Origin: Aplysia californica
Taxonomy: Eukaryota
Assembly: GCF_000002075.1 (NCBI RefSeq)
Contig: NW_004797478.1
Location: forward strand, 740,680-804,679
Length of the DNA stretch: 64,000 nt
Direction of reading: 5' to 3'
Below the pieces are notes generated by a model, which saw only the letters and a program-made list of their open reading frames with translations, ran no database searches and was not told where the DNA came from. The number at the start of each line of letters is the position of its first letter. The stretch's first letter is position 1. The translations under genes were made by a program, and so were the position numbers. Shown one piece after another: positions 1 to 37,677 of this stretch.

Positions 1-134
1 GGGTGAGCTGTTCCCCATGGGTGAGGCAGGACAGGAAGCCGGATTCACGAGTCACAGGAAGTCGGAAGTGATGTCATGCTGGACAAGAATCAGAGTCCGA
101 ATAACATTTTTTCATATTCGGACTCGAGTCCGAA

Positions 135-1326
135 TTTAAATCATTGGTTGATTTAAATCAGGTTGATTTAAATCAGTTGATTAAAAAAATTTAAATCAAC
201 TTGATTTTTAAAATAAAAATCAGTGATTTAAATCACTTTTTAAAAAAATAATTTTTATTCAGTTTTTACATATTTCAACATTCAGAATTCCTTACCTTGG
301 TTTCATAAAACAGATATAAGGTTTAGTACACTAATATTATCATGCTTAAAAGTCTGCTTTCCCCCCTTTCACTGTAAAGTAATACAGTATATTCAATTTA
401 CTTTTTCCCCCATAATTGAAATCAGAGCTGGGTTGTAAATCAGTTGATTTTTAAAATTTTAATCAACTTGATTTTGTGATTTAAATCACTTTTTAAATAA
501 TGCATTCTGTTTTTACATATTTAAACATTCAGAATTCCTTTCCTTGGTTTTATTAAACAGATATAAGGTTTAGTAGACTAATATAATCATGCTTAAAAGT
601 CACTGTGAGATAATACAGTATTCAATTTTCTTTCTCTTCATAATTGAAAACCAGGGTTGGGTTGATTTAAATCAGGTGGATTTAAATCAGTTGATTTTTT
701 AAAGTTTTAATCAACTTGATTTTAAAAATAAAACTCAGTGATTTAAATCACTTTTAAAAAATGTATTGTTTTTTCGTCTTCAAACATTCAGAATTCCTTT
801 CCTTGGTTTTATAAAACAGATATAAGGTTTAGTAGACTAATATAATCAGGCTTAAAAGTCTGCTTTCCCCCCTGTCACTGTAAGTAGTAAATTAATGCAG
901 TATTCAATTTACTTTTTTTTCATAATTGAAATTAGCATTTTCTTTTTCTTTTTAGACAAACACAAGCGCGCACATACACACACACACACTGTAATAAAAT
1001 ACAAGTTTATCTACCCCCTCCCCCCCTTTCCTTTTAGACTGACATTTTCTTCATTTTTTGTCTGTAGCCATAATTCACTGATAATAGCAGATTGAGGCTT
1101 TCTTTTGCAGTTGCTTAAATTAATCATGAGTTAAAATAAAGACAATGCATTCTACACTAAAAGAACATACTTTTAGCCACCAAAAATCCCAAACTGTGTC
1201 GACATTAAAAAAAAAATAAAAAAAAAAATAAAAAATCCGATTTAAATTAAAAAAAATCTGATTTAAATTTTAAAAATCGATTTTTTAAATTTTTATTTAA
1301 AAAATCAAAAAAAATCACCAACCCTG
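135..1326. mobile_element. Non-autonomous hAT-like element with an internally triplicated ~230-290 bp unit
   Basis: Many GATTTAAATCA palindromic motifs; CAGGGTTGG at ~652 and its inverse CCAACCCTG ending at 1326; block CATTCAGAATTCCTT...GCTTAAAAGTC present three times. Confidence 0.6.
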
Positions 1327-1363
1327 CCCAACAAGTGGGAAACTTGTTGTTGTAGTGATTCAA

Positions 1364-1550
1364 GATCTAAGATATCTATATATATCTAGATTTATATCTA
1401 GATCTATATATCTAGATCTAGAAATCTAGATAATCTAGATCTAGATCTAGATTAGATCTAGATTCTAGAGTAGTCTAGTTGTTGTAGTACTGTTTTAAAC
1501 TTGTGTAGAGCAGACCAAGAACTAGATCTAGATTCTAGATCTATATCTAG
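1364..1550. repeat. TCTAGA/AGATCT palindromic low-complexity array
   Basis: Dense (TCTAGA)n-like runs. Confidence 0.85.
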
Positions 1551-1878
1551 GTACAAAAAACGCAGTGGATATTTTTACGGCGATCCTCGAAAAGCGACCC
1601 TACTCCGCCTCTCATATCCCCGTTGTTTTTTTGTTTGTTTGTTTTTTTTTGGGAGGGGGGGGGGGGGTTACAAATAATTTTGAAATTATGATGAAAATTC
1701 TGTAGGTGGATATCTAATTTCTTTGTAACTTAACAACTGTTTTGTTGATCTTTTAATGTCTTGATGTCTTTTATTTGTAAGGCACGTACCTATACATTGC
1801 ATTCACAAGAGTCTCAAAGTCTTCCACATATATTTGTTCTTTCTAATCTAGATCTAGTTCATATGGTTTAATTAAATT

Positions 1879-2229
1879 GCGTCGGTGGCCTAGTGGTTAG
1901 GCTCTTGGACTCGCAACCGTAAGGTCGTGGGTTCGAATCCCGTCAAGGGCCCGACGTTGTGTCCTTGGGAAAGGCACTTAACACGAATTTTCCTCACTTC
2001 ACCCAGGTGGGAATGGGTACCCGGCTATAGACAGCGAAAGATCTTGTCAGTTTGTTAGTGTTTGAGCGCTTAATCGACTGCTTGCACTGTATGCTTCCCA
2101 GGAAGCTGAGAATGTTTCGGAGTGTTCTATGGTCTGCTGGGGTAATAATATAGTGTAAAGCGCGTAGAGCCTGCTGCTGAGCGGGGATATGCGCTATACA
2201 AATGCTATCTATTATTATTATTATTATTA
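1879..2229 (+). mobile_element. tRNA-derived SINE with CORE-like domain and L2-type tail
   Basis: A box GGTGGCCTAGTGG, B box GGTTCGAATCC, TGTGTCCTTGGGAAAGGCACTTAAC core, GTAAAGCGC...GCGCTATACAAATGC tail ending in (ATT)n. Confidence 0.85.
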
Positions 2230-3099
2230 ACTGAAATGATATATTTTTTTACAAGAGGGTAAAAAAAGCCAAGTATAGCATGTACAGCAGGTGTCTTTAA
2301 AATAATAATGGAAGTTGAAGATCTGAAAAAGTACTAATATATTAATTTGGTGTGGGTGGGGGTTGGCTGCAAATGTGAGAAAAGTGTAATTTGGGTTGTT
2401 TTAAAAGTCCTCAAAAGTGTAAGATTATATTTGAACAGCCCCATAGGTTTTCTAGTTCCTCATTATCACCATAATATCATTCTATTCTCTTCTTCATCTT
2501 CCTTCTCCCTTCCTCCACCACCACCTCTTCCTTCTTTTCCCCACCATCATCATTCACCCTCTCTTTATCATCACCACCACCATCACCTCCTCGTCATTAT
2601 CATTACCATCATCATTGCCACTGCCAGCATCATCATCTCATTCACCGACATCACTACATGTACCACACCCACAAGAAGAGCGGCAATTTTGGAGTTAACA
2701 CTTTTCGCCTTGGAAATGCCTTTAAAATGTTCCCCCTTCCTTTGCACTGAGCAGATTTTTGATAGGTCCTGTGTAAAATTTTTTTTTTTTTTGTTCACAA
2801 TGATTAATTTATTAATTATTGTGATGCAATTTCAGAGTACATGAACATATTATTTTTTTTTACATTCAAATATCAAAATTTTGCTAAGTACGATTGACCA
2901 TAGCATCTGTATACCATTCCACCAATTTTCATGTAATTTTGTTAGAGAGTAAGAAGCCTTCGATTTTTAAAAATTATTGTTTGTTTTGCAAGTTGGTGCT
3001 GTTTCCATTCCATGGCAACTTTCATATTTTCAGTCTTATCAAAATTTACTTTCTTCATTATTTCTTATGCCTGTAGCTATAATTTTTTTTCCTAAATAT

Positions 3100-3750
3100 G
3101 AATCGCAATAAGAATCACCCTTGGGGTGAGCTGTTCCCCATAAAAATGGACAGTAATAATATGAGCATTTCAGAAAGCAATGAAAGGAAAACAAAACACA
3201 AAAACTTAAAAATTGCGATCTATTTTTTATTATTTGAAAGAATCCCACAACAAGGTCCAAGTAAAGACCATAAAAACATTGAATTGTTTAAGTCAAGATT
3301 AAAGACTAGATTATAATTATGATAATTACTAATAATAGAGGACATTTAATTATAGTGCCTTACTCTCGTTTTAACCAGCTCAAAAATATGTTACATTAGT
3401 TTAGTCATTTAGTAAAAGATAGTATAAAATAACAATGTCCAAATTTTTCTTTCTTCCAAACCTTTATTCAATTAGGGTGAGCTGTTCCCCTTAACAGTGG
3501 ACAGTAATATGAGCACATCAGAAAGCAATGAAAGGAAAACAAAACACAATAATGGATAACCAACGCACAAAAACATAAAAATGAGATCTATTTTGTTTGA
3601 AAGAATCCCACAACAAGGTCCAAGTAAAGAACATAAAAACATTGAATTGTTTAAGTCAAGAATATTGACTATAATAATACTTCTTCTTCTTCTTCTCGAT
3701 CGCATCATATAATAATACTAATAGAGGACATTAAATTTTTTATAGTGCCT
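3100..3750. repeat. Imperfect direct duplication (~3120-3360 and ~3474-3750)
   Basis: Shared GGGTGAGCTGTTCCCC...GGACAGTAATA...GAAAGAATCCCACAACAAGGTCCAAGTAAAGA...ATAGAGGACATT. Confidence 0.8.
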
Positions 3751-4075
3751 TTGGTAAATTATAAACTGTCTGCAAAGGTACGTTTTGGGGCCCTCTTTTT
3801 TGCTGAATCTACTGTTCTTGAGCTCCTAATATACATCTGCACAAAATTACTTTGTTCAAACTGTTTGATGGCAGCTTCCAGGGTTTTGAAACTTTCAAAT
3901 TCCGTCCCAATGTATATCGACCTAGCCTCTGCCATTTTGGAACTCAAGTGCACTCAAGTCGGTTGAAAAACATGTTCTACGCCATCAGTTTGTGACCGCC
4001 GTAAAAATAGCCCTGGAGGCTATCTTTACAGCTTGCCGTAAAAATAGCCACAGTGAATATTTAACGGCCTCTTTG
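3750..4075 (-). mobile_element. Mutator-like (MULE) element end with truncated ZSWIM3-N/FAR1-like transposase N-terminus
   Basis: ATG at 3935: MAEARSIYIGTEFESFKTLEAAIKQFEQSNFVQMYIRSSRTVDSAKKRAPKRTFADSL*, resembling the G-x-x-F-x-S-F...FVQ..RSSR N-terminus of SWIM-type MULE transposases; upstream repeated CCGTAAAAATAGCC motifs in both orientations. Confidence 0.65.
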
Positions 4076-4468
4076 AACAGTAAATTAGCAGACCACAACT
4101 ACTCTGGTAATTACAAGTCCTAAGTTAAGGCGCGCTGGGTGATGATAGGAGGGTGTTAGAACACTTAACAGAAAGCCTAATTTGGATTTTATAGTGTATT
4201 GGGGGGGGGGGGGGGGTGTTAAAGAAGCCGTACCGGCAGGGTGGCCTCGTCGTTAACGGACTTTGGCCAAAAGGTTCGAACCCCGACCACTGACCTAAAA
4301 AAATTTTTTTTTTTGTCAGCGATCCCGACAGTGTTATAATCTTGAGCTTCGGCTTTTTATTGACGGTCCCCCTCCCCCCCGTCCCCTCGACATCCTCTTA
4401 TGAAATCAAGTGATCCACCTTCGAAATGACTATTTGTGTACAGTAGGGTGTTATATAATAAACAACAC

Positions 4469-4545
4469 TGGTCACTAGCGTAGTGGTAAGACACACTCTT
4501 CATAATTATGTTGAAGATCCCGGGTTCGAGTCTCGTTTGGGCCCA
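4469..4545 (+). mobile_element. Degenerate tRNA-derived SINE head
   Basis: TAGCGTAGTGGTAA A box and GGTTCGAGTC B box; no proper cloverleaf. Confidence 0.5.
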
Positions 4546-6056
4546 CATTTTTTTCCGAGTTTTATTGCCAGAGGGGCCGTCTCTAAATGTCCCTGTGTTG
4601 AAAGAGACGAAACTACCATCTCAGTACTCAGTACGACAATAAATGCAATATTTCTGTCAACAATGTGACAGACTTAAAAAAACCCAATGAATGCGTAAAT
4701 ACTCAATACTGCCAGCAACTTTGACAGACACCTTAAAAAATGCCCCGTGTGTATCTTTAATAAAAATCAATAATTCTCCCTCCCCCCCCCCACTCCGGAG
4801 TCCTATACTTCGCAACGCTCAAACTTTGAAAGAACTTTGGTGACCCCAGCATCCGTAGGTACTCACATGATGACGTGTGATGCGAACACGCACAGGTTCA
4901 CTGACTGGTCACGTTGGTGAGCCCGACAAGCTGAAAATCAGACTATATTTGATTTTCTTTTCTTTTTTTTTTTTAACAAGTGACAGCTCAGTCACAAATA
5001 GAATCTTTTGATTTATTTTCATGGCAACACAGTGTTTATAATTCACAACCTGCATATTCACAAATGTTGCGATTATTCATGGGTCATTCCCGTGGCAAAT
5101 TACAGATTTCCTTATTAAATTCCCAGGCCATTCCCGGGTGTCGGGGATTCTTTTCAAATTCCCGGAGCCTGGCGGTCACCTAGTCAAGCGGTACAAGTGA
5201 CAGGGCAGTTTCTTCAGACTGCACCGAATATGATGGAGTCAATCTTTATTGATCCATCGCATTGAAGTCAAGAACTAACCAGGCTTTCTGAATACATTTG
5301 TAAGCTAAATTACTGTTAAATGGGCACTGTTAGCAACTGACCATGACAATGCCCCTTCTCCAATGGAGTGGATCCTTTTGCGGACGTCGCCAATCGCAAG
5401 AAGTCCCTTTTAAAAAATTATGGAATAACGATGCGGCCAACCCCTCCCTGTTTTCATTATGTTCAGACATTTACACATGATATTTATTCGTTACCTCAAC
5501 ACATGAACCTATAATCGAATAAAAATATGATAAGAAAGCTTTGTAATGACCATGGACAAGTGACCTGTCAAATTTTCACTTTGGGATTTTAATCGACCAA
5601 ATTCTTCAAACCATTGCCGCTCTCTCACTTTGCTGCCTATCGAGACTATCTTTGTTGTGAACATGAGACATAACTTCTTCCCCATCCCACACAGCAAACC
5701 ATTACGCTGATTACTAAAAGCTCAATGTCTTGAGATTCTTTCTGCGTTATAGTGGTTAATTTCTGTGCCTTAAGTTTTTCTTCTAGACAAGTGTTTGTGG
5801 AGTACCCAATTTGTCCTATTTTTGTTACATACATATGAATAAATGATTGTTTATTTGAAAAGGGCATGATAGATCTCTCCAAAATCTGTGTTAAACTGAC
5901 TACGAATATCATGTCTTTTACCATGAAAAATCTTAAATCTGGGCAAGTAATAATAGTCAAGTTTTAAGAGAAGAAAGATGCATCTGCATTTTTTAACTAA
6001 AGACACTCAGCATTAGCTCTTGTTTTACCATTAAACAAGAGAAAGTTACTCTGCAT

Positions 6057-6234
6057 TTTAGTTTTAGTAAGAATTTTATGGCACTTGCAACACAATAAGG
6101 TCATATAAATGCCAAAAATTAGAGGTGTTACAAGAGAGTAACAAACATAAAAAAGAAGGAGGAGAGATCAGGACGATAGATGTTTGATAGGAAAGAAGGA
6201 GCAAACCACACCAGAGCACTCGCCAACCAACCAC
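6057..6234 (-). mobile_element. ~180-bp retroposon family (LINE 3'-end or SINE-like), copy 1
   Basis: Reverse complement of consensus GTGGGTGGTTGGCGGGTGCTCTGGTGTGGTTTGCTCCTTCTTTCCTATCAAACATC...GGCRCTYATATGACCTTAT..GTTGCRAGYGCCGTAAAA..TACTAAAACTAAA. Confidence 0.8.
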
Positions 6235-7752
6235 TTACTCTGCGTTTGTTCATAAATCATGCTGTGTCTGTGGCAGCCTTCATACAACTAGGAAAGATAT
6301 ATTGCGCGATTGAAAAAAAAAAGACAAAACTGTGTAAATACATGGGTAGAGTTAAACTTCTTGTATGGGGAATAAAAATAATGACAGCTAATACATTTAT
6401 TCTTTTAATTTTTGTGTCGGAAATATGCGCGGACACTTAAAGAATGAATGTAAAGAAATCAGAGCATTGTCAGCTATTATAAATGATCATAAAATCGAAA
6501 ATAAAAGCTGGAAAAGTCTGGTGCTGATTCAGTGTCACTGGAAAGCTAGAAATTATTCTTATAACCCAATTACGAAAAGTCTTCCCTGTTTTTAAGTCAG
6601 CTTACAAAACCTAGACTTAGCATTTTATTAAGAAAAGTAAGGAATTTCTGGAGTGTAAAGATACTGTTCGTGTATTTAATTGTAGATGTATTCTGGAACT
6701 AAATTCGGTTTGTACTTTTTCATACAGAGACTTCAGGGTAATTTTTATAAACTTTCGAAAAAATATGCGAATATTCACGATTATAAATGACACATGAAGC
6801 TGTATTTGGAGGAACTACTTCATAGCGAATTGTGTGCCAGATGGATAAAGTTGCAAAATTACAGCTTCCTATTATATGCGCAGATACCATCTTTTCTGAG
6901 TATCTGCACTAATGTTATGTCGTTCATGTTCCAATAGTTCGACAGTTTTTGTAATGCCGTTTATTTTATATTGATTTTTTTTTCATTCACACTTGTCAAA
7001 AAAATTTAACAATTTAGCATTGCCTACTTCACCGTGTCTAACGAAATAACCAGACAAGTTACAATGTCCATTCTTTTTTTACCCTCAAGAGCGAAAATAT
7101 GTACTTTGTATGCATTAAATGATAATTACCTTAAATACTAGGTTACATCTATAACTGTGCGTTGAAAAGTACCAAAAATTAAGTCAGCCGAGACAGAGCG
7201 GTGACAGGGAGCTGACCCCCGTGACCCCGACGTGATAAGGCGCTCGGCGGGCCCCGCTGCAACTAAAATTCCACTGCTGGGGCGCCGTGTTCCAGACTGG
7301 CTGAAAATGCCGATTTCTCTGATTTTATTATTTTGATGAGCGCCTGATTTCACCAAGATGTCTCACAAATGTTGGGGGTTCCAGCTGCCCCAGTTTTAGA
7401 TTTTCAATTTTCTTGAAAAAATAATTGATTTGCAACAGTTTTAGTGGCAATATATCATTGCATTAGTTTTCTGAAAATAGTTTGAAATTTTTACCATTGT
7501 TTTCTTGTTGCATGTTGGCATGGCATTGGAGGCGTGATCAATTCATGTAAAATTTGGACCGCATTGTCCTCCTTGGTTTATATATCTCTTTTTATAGACT
7601 GAAATTGGTGCATAATGAAAAGATTTCTGCGTCCAACCGATTTCGCCGTGTGGTAGACTGTAATAATGTACTGACGCAGGTATGTGATATGAATTCGAAA
7701 AGAGTACTGAACTCATACAAACGCATGATGTATATCTGTTTTGTTGTTTCAG

Positions 7753-32109
<24,357 letters not shown>

Positions 32110-32599
32110 GGTTTGCCTTCATCATCGCTACCTGCTGGAGCACAGAGGTTATCTGCTGGAGGTTCTTCAACTTACAGTATGATAAACTGTTACATTTCTG
32201 GTGAACTACCTCTTGTTGGGGTCATAACGTGCGTGGAAGTGCTGTAAGTGATAGATGAGAGCTGTGGAGAAAGGGAAGGGTGTGGATTCATTATCAATTA
32301 TCATAAATTGTACTATCTCTGGTTTCATGAATTGGGAGCGAAAGACCCCGTAAAATGGAGTGAGAGAGCTTAAACACAACCTTAATAAACATCTTGGTAA
32401 CTAAACCCATTTTCATGATTTTAAAAAGTGGGAAAATGTCATAACTGACAGAGAGATTGTTTTAGACAAAGAAAGTTCCTGTACTATATAAAGTCATCTT
32501 TACCAGTGTGCTGAGGGGAGGTCTTATTTTTCTCCAATCTGTTGTGAATGGCTCATTTGTAACTCCCGACAAAGCTCCGCAGTCTGTGAAATTTGAAGC

Positions 32600-32958
32600 C
32601 TTTATTACTTCTTTGAGAACAGGTCTCAAACCAGATATCATTCTCTGGTCAGAAACTGATGCTAAGATCTTCTTAATCGAGCTGACTGTTTCATACGAAA
32701 GTAGGATAGATGCATAGCACCTATTTAAGTTGACAAAATACGAAGATCTCTCTTCTCAACTCCAAGGAGAGGGCTATAGCTCCAAGGTCAATCCAGTAGA
32801 AGTGGGTGCACAAGGGTTTGTTGCAGCCTCAACATTCACACTGCTGGGCAGCTAGGCCTCTAAGGAAGGAAGAGAAAGGCAGCCATCAAGAACATTTCAG
32901 AAATGGCAGAAAAGTGTTGGAGCTGGCTGTGGACGAGACGTAATGAAACTTCCATTTA
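32600..32958 (+). mobile_element. Pseudogenised restriction-like endonuclease (RLE) domain of an R2-group, Hero-like non-LTR retrotransposon
   Basis: LKPDIILWSETDAKIFLIELTVSYESRIDA*HLFKLTKYEDL..GY....PVEVGAQGFV, then frameshift to LGL*GRKRKAAIKNISEMAEKCWSWLWTRR: PD..E..K..KY..EVG RLE signature with two internal stops. Confidence 0.8.
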
Positions 32959-35209
32959 GATGTACAGTTTTTTAATCCTTAAAGTGTCAGTCCTTGACAA
33001 AACACGATACACATACAAAAAACTAGATAATCCGGCATTAAATTGTGTTCCCCACGTGATTTTGACTAATTTTGGGTCGCTGATCACGAAAATCTTATTA
33101 TTGTTTTGATTTGACCAATGTTTGGGAAGTTTTTGGACCACATTTTCAACTATTTTTGTGGGAAAAGTATGAAATTTGGGCGAGTCCCAGTCTTCCAAGG
33201 CTGTGAGATGACTTTTCTTTTTCCAGATTTACCAGTTGCTTGTATGAATAGAAAGAGAGAAAAAGTCTTTGCTAAGAATTGTTGGAATGTTATTTTATTA
33301 TGTCATCTATTATTGCTTGACTTGTAGTTAGTTCTGTGTGCGATTTTTATTCAACTTTCCAGCATTGTCTGTGAACCTGATAAGTATATTGTGTCGTCAG
33401 TGCTGGCAGGTTGACTCTTTGTTTATATTACTGAAACCTGTGATGTTTATCCCTTTTTCCCCCCCAAGGCTTGGTACAGTGTGAGTACGAGTTGGGGATT
33501 GTGGGCAGTACCATTGTTTAGTGGTAACACAGATGACTGATGTTTTCTTTATGTTGTTTTGGTTTCTGTGTACCCGTACAGTATTGTTGCACAACACTGC
33601 TCTGGGAAGTGCACCTTATGGCCAGCATTCTAGACTCGGACTCAGATTTATTTTTCTTTGAATGTTTTGTTTGGTCTGTGATCTGTCCTGGATTGTGAAG
33701 GAGACCACTGTTGATTTCCATCAATTATTCAAATTCTGTTGTGAAAGTCTGTAACTTGACCTCTGTACCATGATCTTCATCTGTAGTCTTCCAAGTACTG
33801 CTTAGTCCCCCCCACCCCCTCACCCCTTTCAATGTGGGTTATTGCTCCAGTTGTCCATAACTCTGCTGATACCGATATATTATTGATCTTTTGCTGCTGT
33901 GGAAAGCGAGGGCTCTAATTTCTGTATTTTCTTTTGATGAAATATTATTACTTAGTTCTTTGATTTTTGTGATACTCTTTGTCAAATATTTTTATTTTTG
34001 CTTCTTTTTGAGGCTGAGTTCAACTTGGCAGTGTGTGTTTGTACGACACTGTATTTGTTAGATTTTTGGCAGCCAATTTAAGATTGTGTTTTAAAATCAA
34101 ACTATTTCAAATACGTGCTACAGAGGTTTAATTTTGGTACCTGTCCAAACATAAAGCCAGGTGTACACAGAAAGTGGGTCTTAAGTCGTAGTGCAGCTCT
34201 TGTCTTTTCTCCGACTCATTAGACTGTTTGGTGGTAGCCTGTTGGTGAAAGTCCTCTAAAATATTGCTTTCTGTCTTAACCCTATTACTGGCAAGTACAG
34301 ATGAGATCGACATTTAACTTACAACCGCCGCCAGTCGTGACTCTGCAAGTCGGTGAAAATGGCTTCATCGGGTCGGCAGTTTCCAAGATTTCCGGCACAT
34401 TTTAGGGGAGAAATGTCAAAATCGTAATTTTTTTTTTCAGTGTATGTTATAGCTTTTTTTCAAAGAACTTTCCAAATATAGAGTTTTCTGTGTCTTTTTA
34501 TCTATCATAAGTACTTATTTCTTACATTTAAAGGTGCATCCTTGTTCCTTAGACTCTCCCCTGATAAGTGCAAGTTGACCGTTGACAGCACATGTAATAG
34601 GGTTACTACAATGATTTATATCCTCCTGCTAATTTTAAGCTTTTGTGTGTTTTAAAAATATGTTGAAAACTTATGACCAGAATTTCCACAATATCACATA
34701 TTGATAAATATTAGGAGTGATGATTTGATATCTCACTCATGATCAGCTCAATCTTGTTTATAGTTTACAGTGGTTTTTTTCATCAGTGACCAATTGTCAT
34801 TGATTTGTAAAAGGCATAATGGTTGGGGGGGGGGGGGGGGTTCTTTTGCCATTGTCAGAAGTCACTGTATCTTGTCAAACAAATGCCATGTATGAAAGTG
34901 AAAGCTTTTATTGTTACTTAACACCGGATAGAATGAAACAAAATTTTTGTAAGCATGACACCTACTTAACCTACCATAAGTTTTTACGCTTTTACTACCT
35001 GAAATCTGCTGCTTTTTAGTTTTGAGTTCTTGTGTTACAAGAAACGTCATCTTCCTATTTAGGAACATGTTTCCATTTAGTGTGATTTAGGGTAATATTA
35101 ATGGTGTACATTCCTCCTTTGCTGTGTTGCAGTTTGTTCTCTCCTTTTCATAAAAAGTAAATGCTGCTGTTCTTGCCACCCTATTCTCCTCTAGTATTCC
35201 TCACCCATT

Positions 35210-35390
35210 GGTGTCTGTGGTGTAGCAGTTAGTCACTTTGCTGTTGTATGCAGGTGACCTGAGTTAGATTCCCAAGTGGGGAGAACATTTTTATCTAGTA
35301 TCTCAGTCTTTCTGCTGGGATGTGGTATCCCTCTCAGTCCAGGTTGGCTGAGATCTAAATTGTGTCGATGGGGGATTAAACAACACCTAC
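35210..35390 (+). mobile_element. Degenerate tRNA(Asp-like)-derived SINE; related copy at 62008-62340
   Basis: TGTAG(C/T)(A/G)GTTAG..CACTTTGCTGT...GCAGG.GACCTGAGTT.GATTCCCAA.TGGGGAGAA shared by both copies. Confidence 0.55.
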
Positions 35391-35741
35391 ATTAAATAGA
35401 GTAAAAAATATTCCCCCCACTTATGTAAACTCAGCTGCAGCATGTACTTTGTAATAGAAGAGCAAAGAATATAAGCCTATATTATGTATAAAAGATCTGT
35501 GAATTTATGTTCTTGTTCAAACTTCAGTCTGTTGCCCAAATAATTATTGGTAAAAAGAAGGTTCTGAAAGAAAAGACTAAGAGAACAGTTTTTGTTATGA
35601 CTGTGAGAATGAGAACTATGTTATTAATTAAACAGTTAAACTGAATCTGTTAATCTAAGTATCATGTACATCGTGTTTCTTTGACTAGAACAGAATTATT
35701 GAAGATTTGAAAACACAACAATTAGGAGTTCAAGTTCAATA

Positions 35742-36186
35742 CAGTCAAACCTTGTTGGCATTGCCAGATAGCTGCTCAATGATCTAAAGGATTGTGAGGA
35801 GTCGTGCTCAAGTCTTTGTGAAAGGTCTGAGGCGGCCTGAAGATGATGAGTATAGGGTTTTTTAAAAACAAAAAAGAACTGTACGTCTTCAGTGTCCTTG
35901 ACACAAATTATAAGCTTAGCTTAAGATCCGGCAGAAATTTCCAATTTGAATTTATGTAAAGTTCTGTTGGAGCTGCAAAGGTATTGATTGCTACTTGTTT
36001 TGTTCCCATGTGCATTGCAATCGCGCTAGCAAATATGAGACAAGACTGACCACAGTTTGTCTCTAGTCTCTTCCAGTCTACCATGAGTCGAGATGGCAAT
36101 CGATGCCATCCCATTATACCGCCAGCCCGGCTGGTCTGCCAACTTCATACTCATCCATAGGTAGGTGGTATATCAGGGTTTGACTG
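35742..36186. mobile_element. Tc1/pogo-like MITE
   Basis: TA|CAGTCAAACC ... GGTTTGACTG|TA; internal sequence shared with 61083-61230. Confidence 0.7.
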
Positions 36187-37233
36187 TATGTGAAATATTA
36201 ATTCGAATTTAAAGAAAGTAATTTCAGTTTGAAACTGTCATTAAAGTCATTAAAGGGTACAAAATTTACTCCTTATTTTCAGGTCACCACTATTTGAATT
36301 TTTCATTTTAGACACAAAGTTTTCTTGTTTTTTGTCATAGCTTTCTCCTGATGAAGTGTCACACGCATCTTTTGCGAATGAGCCTTTCTTGTTGAATATA
36401 ACATATTTTTAAGAGATCTGATCAAGTGTCTTCATGGTTACAAGCTGTGTTCCTTTGTTTTTGCAGAATTTTATGAATGTTTTCAGTGTACATTTATTCC
36501 AAGTTAAACTAATTATTTGTGATATTATTACCAGGTGCATTGCTTGTTATCCTTTTCATTACTTTTTTAATGGTTGTGTACTCATGAGAAAATATTTTTT
36601 TTTAATTGCAGGAAGTTCATCTTGCTTGGAAATTTGTGAACAGATGGTTGGAGGGTGCCACTGGTGGTAGTTCCTACTTCTTTTCTCTCCTCCCTCTGTT
36701 GTTTCTGTCCATCTTACTCTTTCTCTGCACCAAGTGACTGTTATGGTGCCGATATGCTTTTTGTTATTCAAAGAAAAACAAGCAAAACATGTGGGAAATT
36801 TGTGAGCCTGTGGTTGGCACTTTGTGTTCTCAATTTTCCAGTTGATCCAGCTCATTCCAAAAAAACCCACAAAAAGTTAACAAATTTATATTCAGGCACC
36901 ATTTCTTTGGGCTGCTCCCAGTTACTTTATGAAAGGGTAACATGCTCTGTTCAGGTTCACACCCCTGTGACCCTCATTATAGTAGCTCTGCAGGATATTG
37001 CTTGACATTTTTATCTCAATTCTTTTTAAAGATTTTTTTTCTTTTGGTACCTNNNNNNNNNNNNNNNNNNNNNNNNNNNNNNNNNNNNNNNNNNNNNNNN
37101 NNNNNNNNNNNNNNNNNNNNNNNNNNNNNNNNNNNNNNNNNNNNNNNNNNNNNNNNNNNNNNNNNNNNNNNNNNNNNNNNNNNNNNNNNNNNNNNNNNNN
37201 NNNNNNNNNNNNNNNNNNTATATATCTCTACAT

Positions 37234-37677
37234 GTGAGGCATCATGGTGAAATCAGGCACTCACCAAAATGATGAAATCAAAGAAACTGGCATTTTTCTG
37301 GCCATTGGGCAATATTTTTCAAATTCTCTTTTTTGGTTCAACACCTTTTATGTCTATTCAAAAATACATTTTTGCATGAACTTAACTGAAAAATGTGGAT
37401 TAAAGTAGGCACAAATAATGTATATTTGCAGTTTCCAAACACTCTCAAGCTTTGGAAGTCACCAAACTTTGGCCGCCATTTTCTCAGTAATTTTACTACA
37501 GACATGAGGTGACCCCCCATCTCCTTCAATTGCAAATTTTTATATCTTGACATCTATTCCAGATAAATGGGAATTTTTTCCATCAAAAGCAAGGCAAACG
37601 AACAGGCTCCAACATCATACCAAGAACTCAATATGCTCAAACATTGACGAAAGCCTGATTTCACTGTGTCGAGACAC
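37234..37677 (+). mobile_element. Sola-like MITE copy
   Basis: Same termini and internal sequence as 18562-18982. Confidence 0.75.

Noticed and set aside
1879-1950. Functional tRNA gene
   Set aside because: A/B boxes present but acceptor stem is poor and the sequence continues into SINE core and tail; same for 4469, 35210, 62008 and 63325
2347-2844. 165-aa His/Pro/Ile-rich ORF
   Set aside because: Product of degenerate (CAT/CAC/CTT) simple repeats, non-ATG start
5340-5960. Possible decayed LINE coding sequence on the minus strand
   Set aside because: Only vague resemblance, no diagnostic motif I can support
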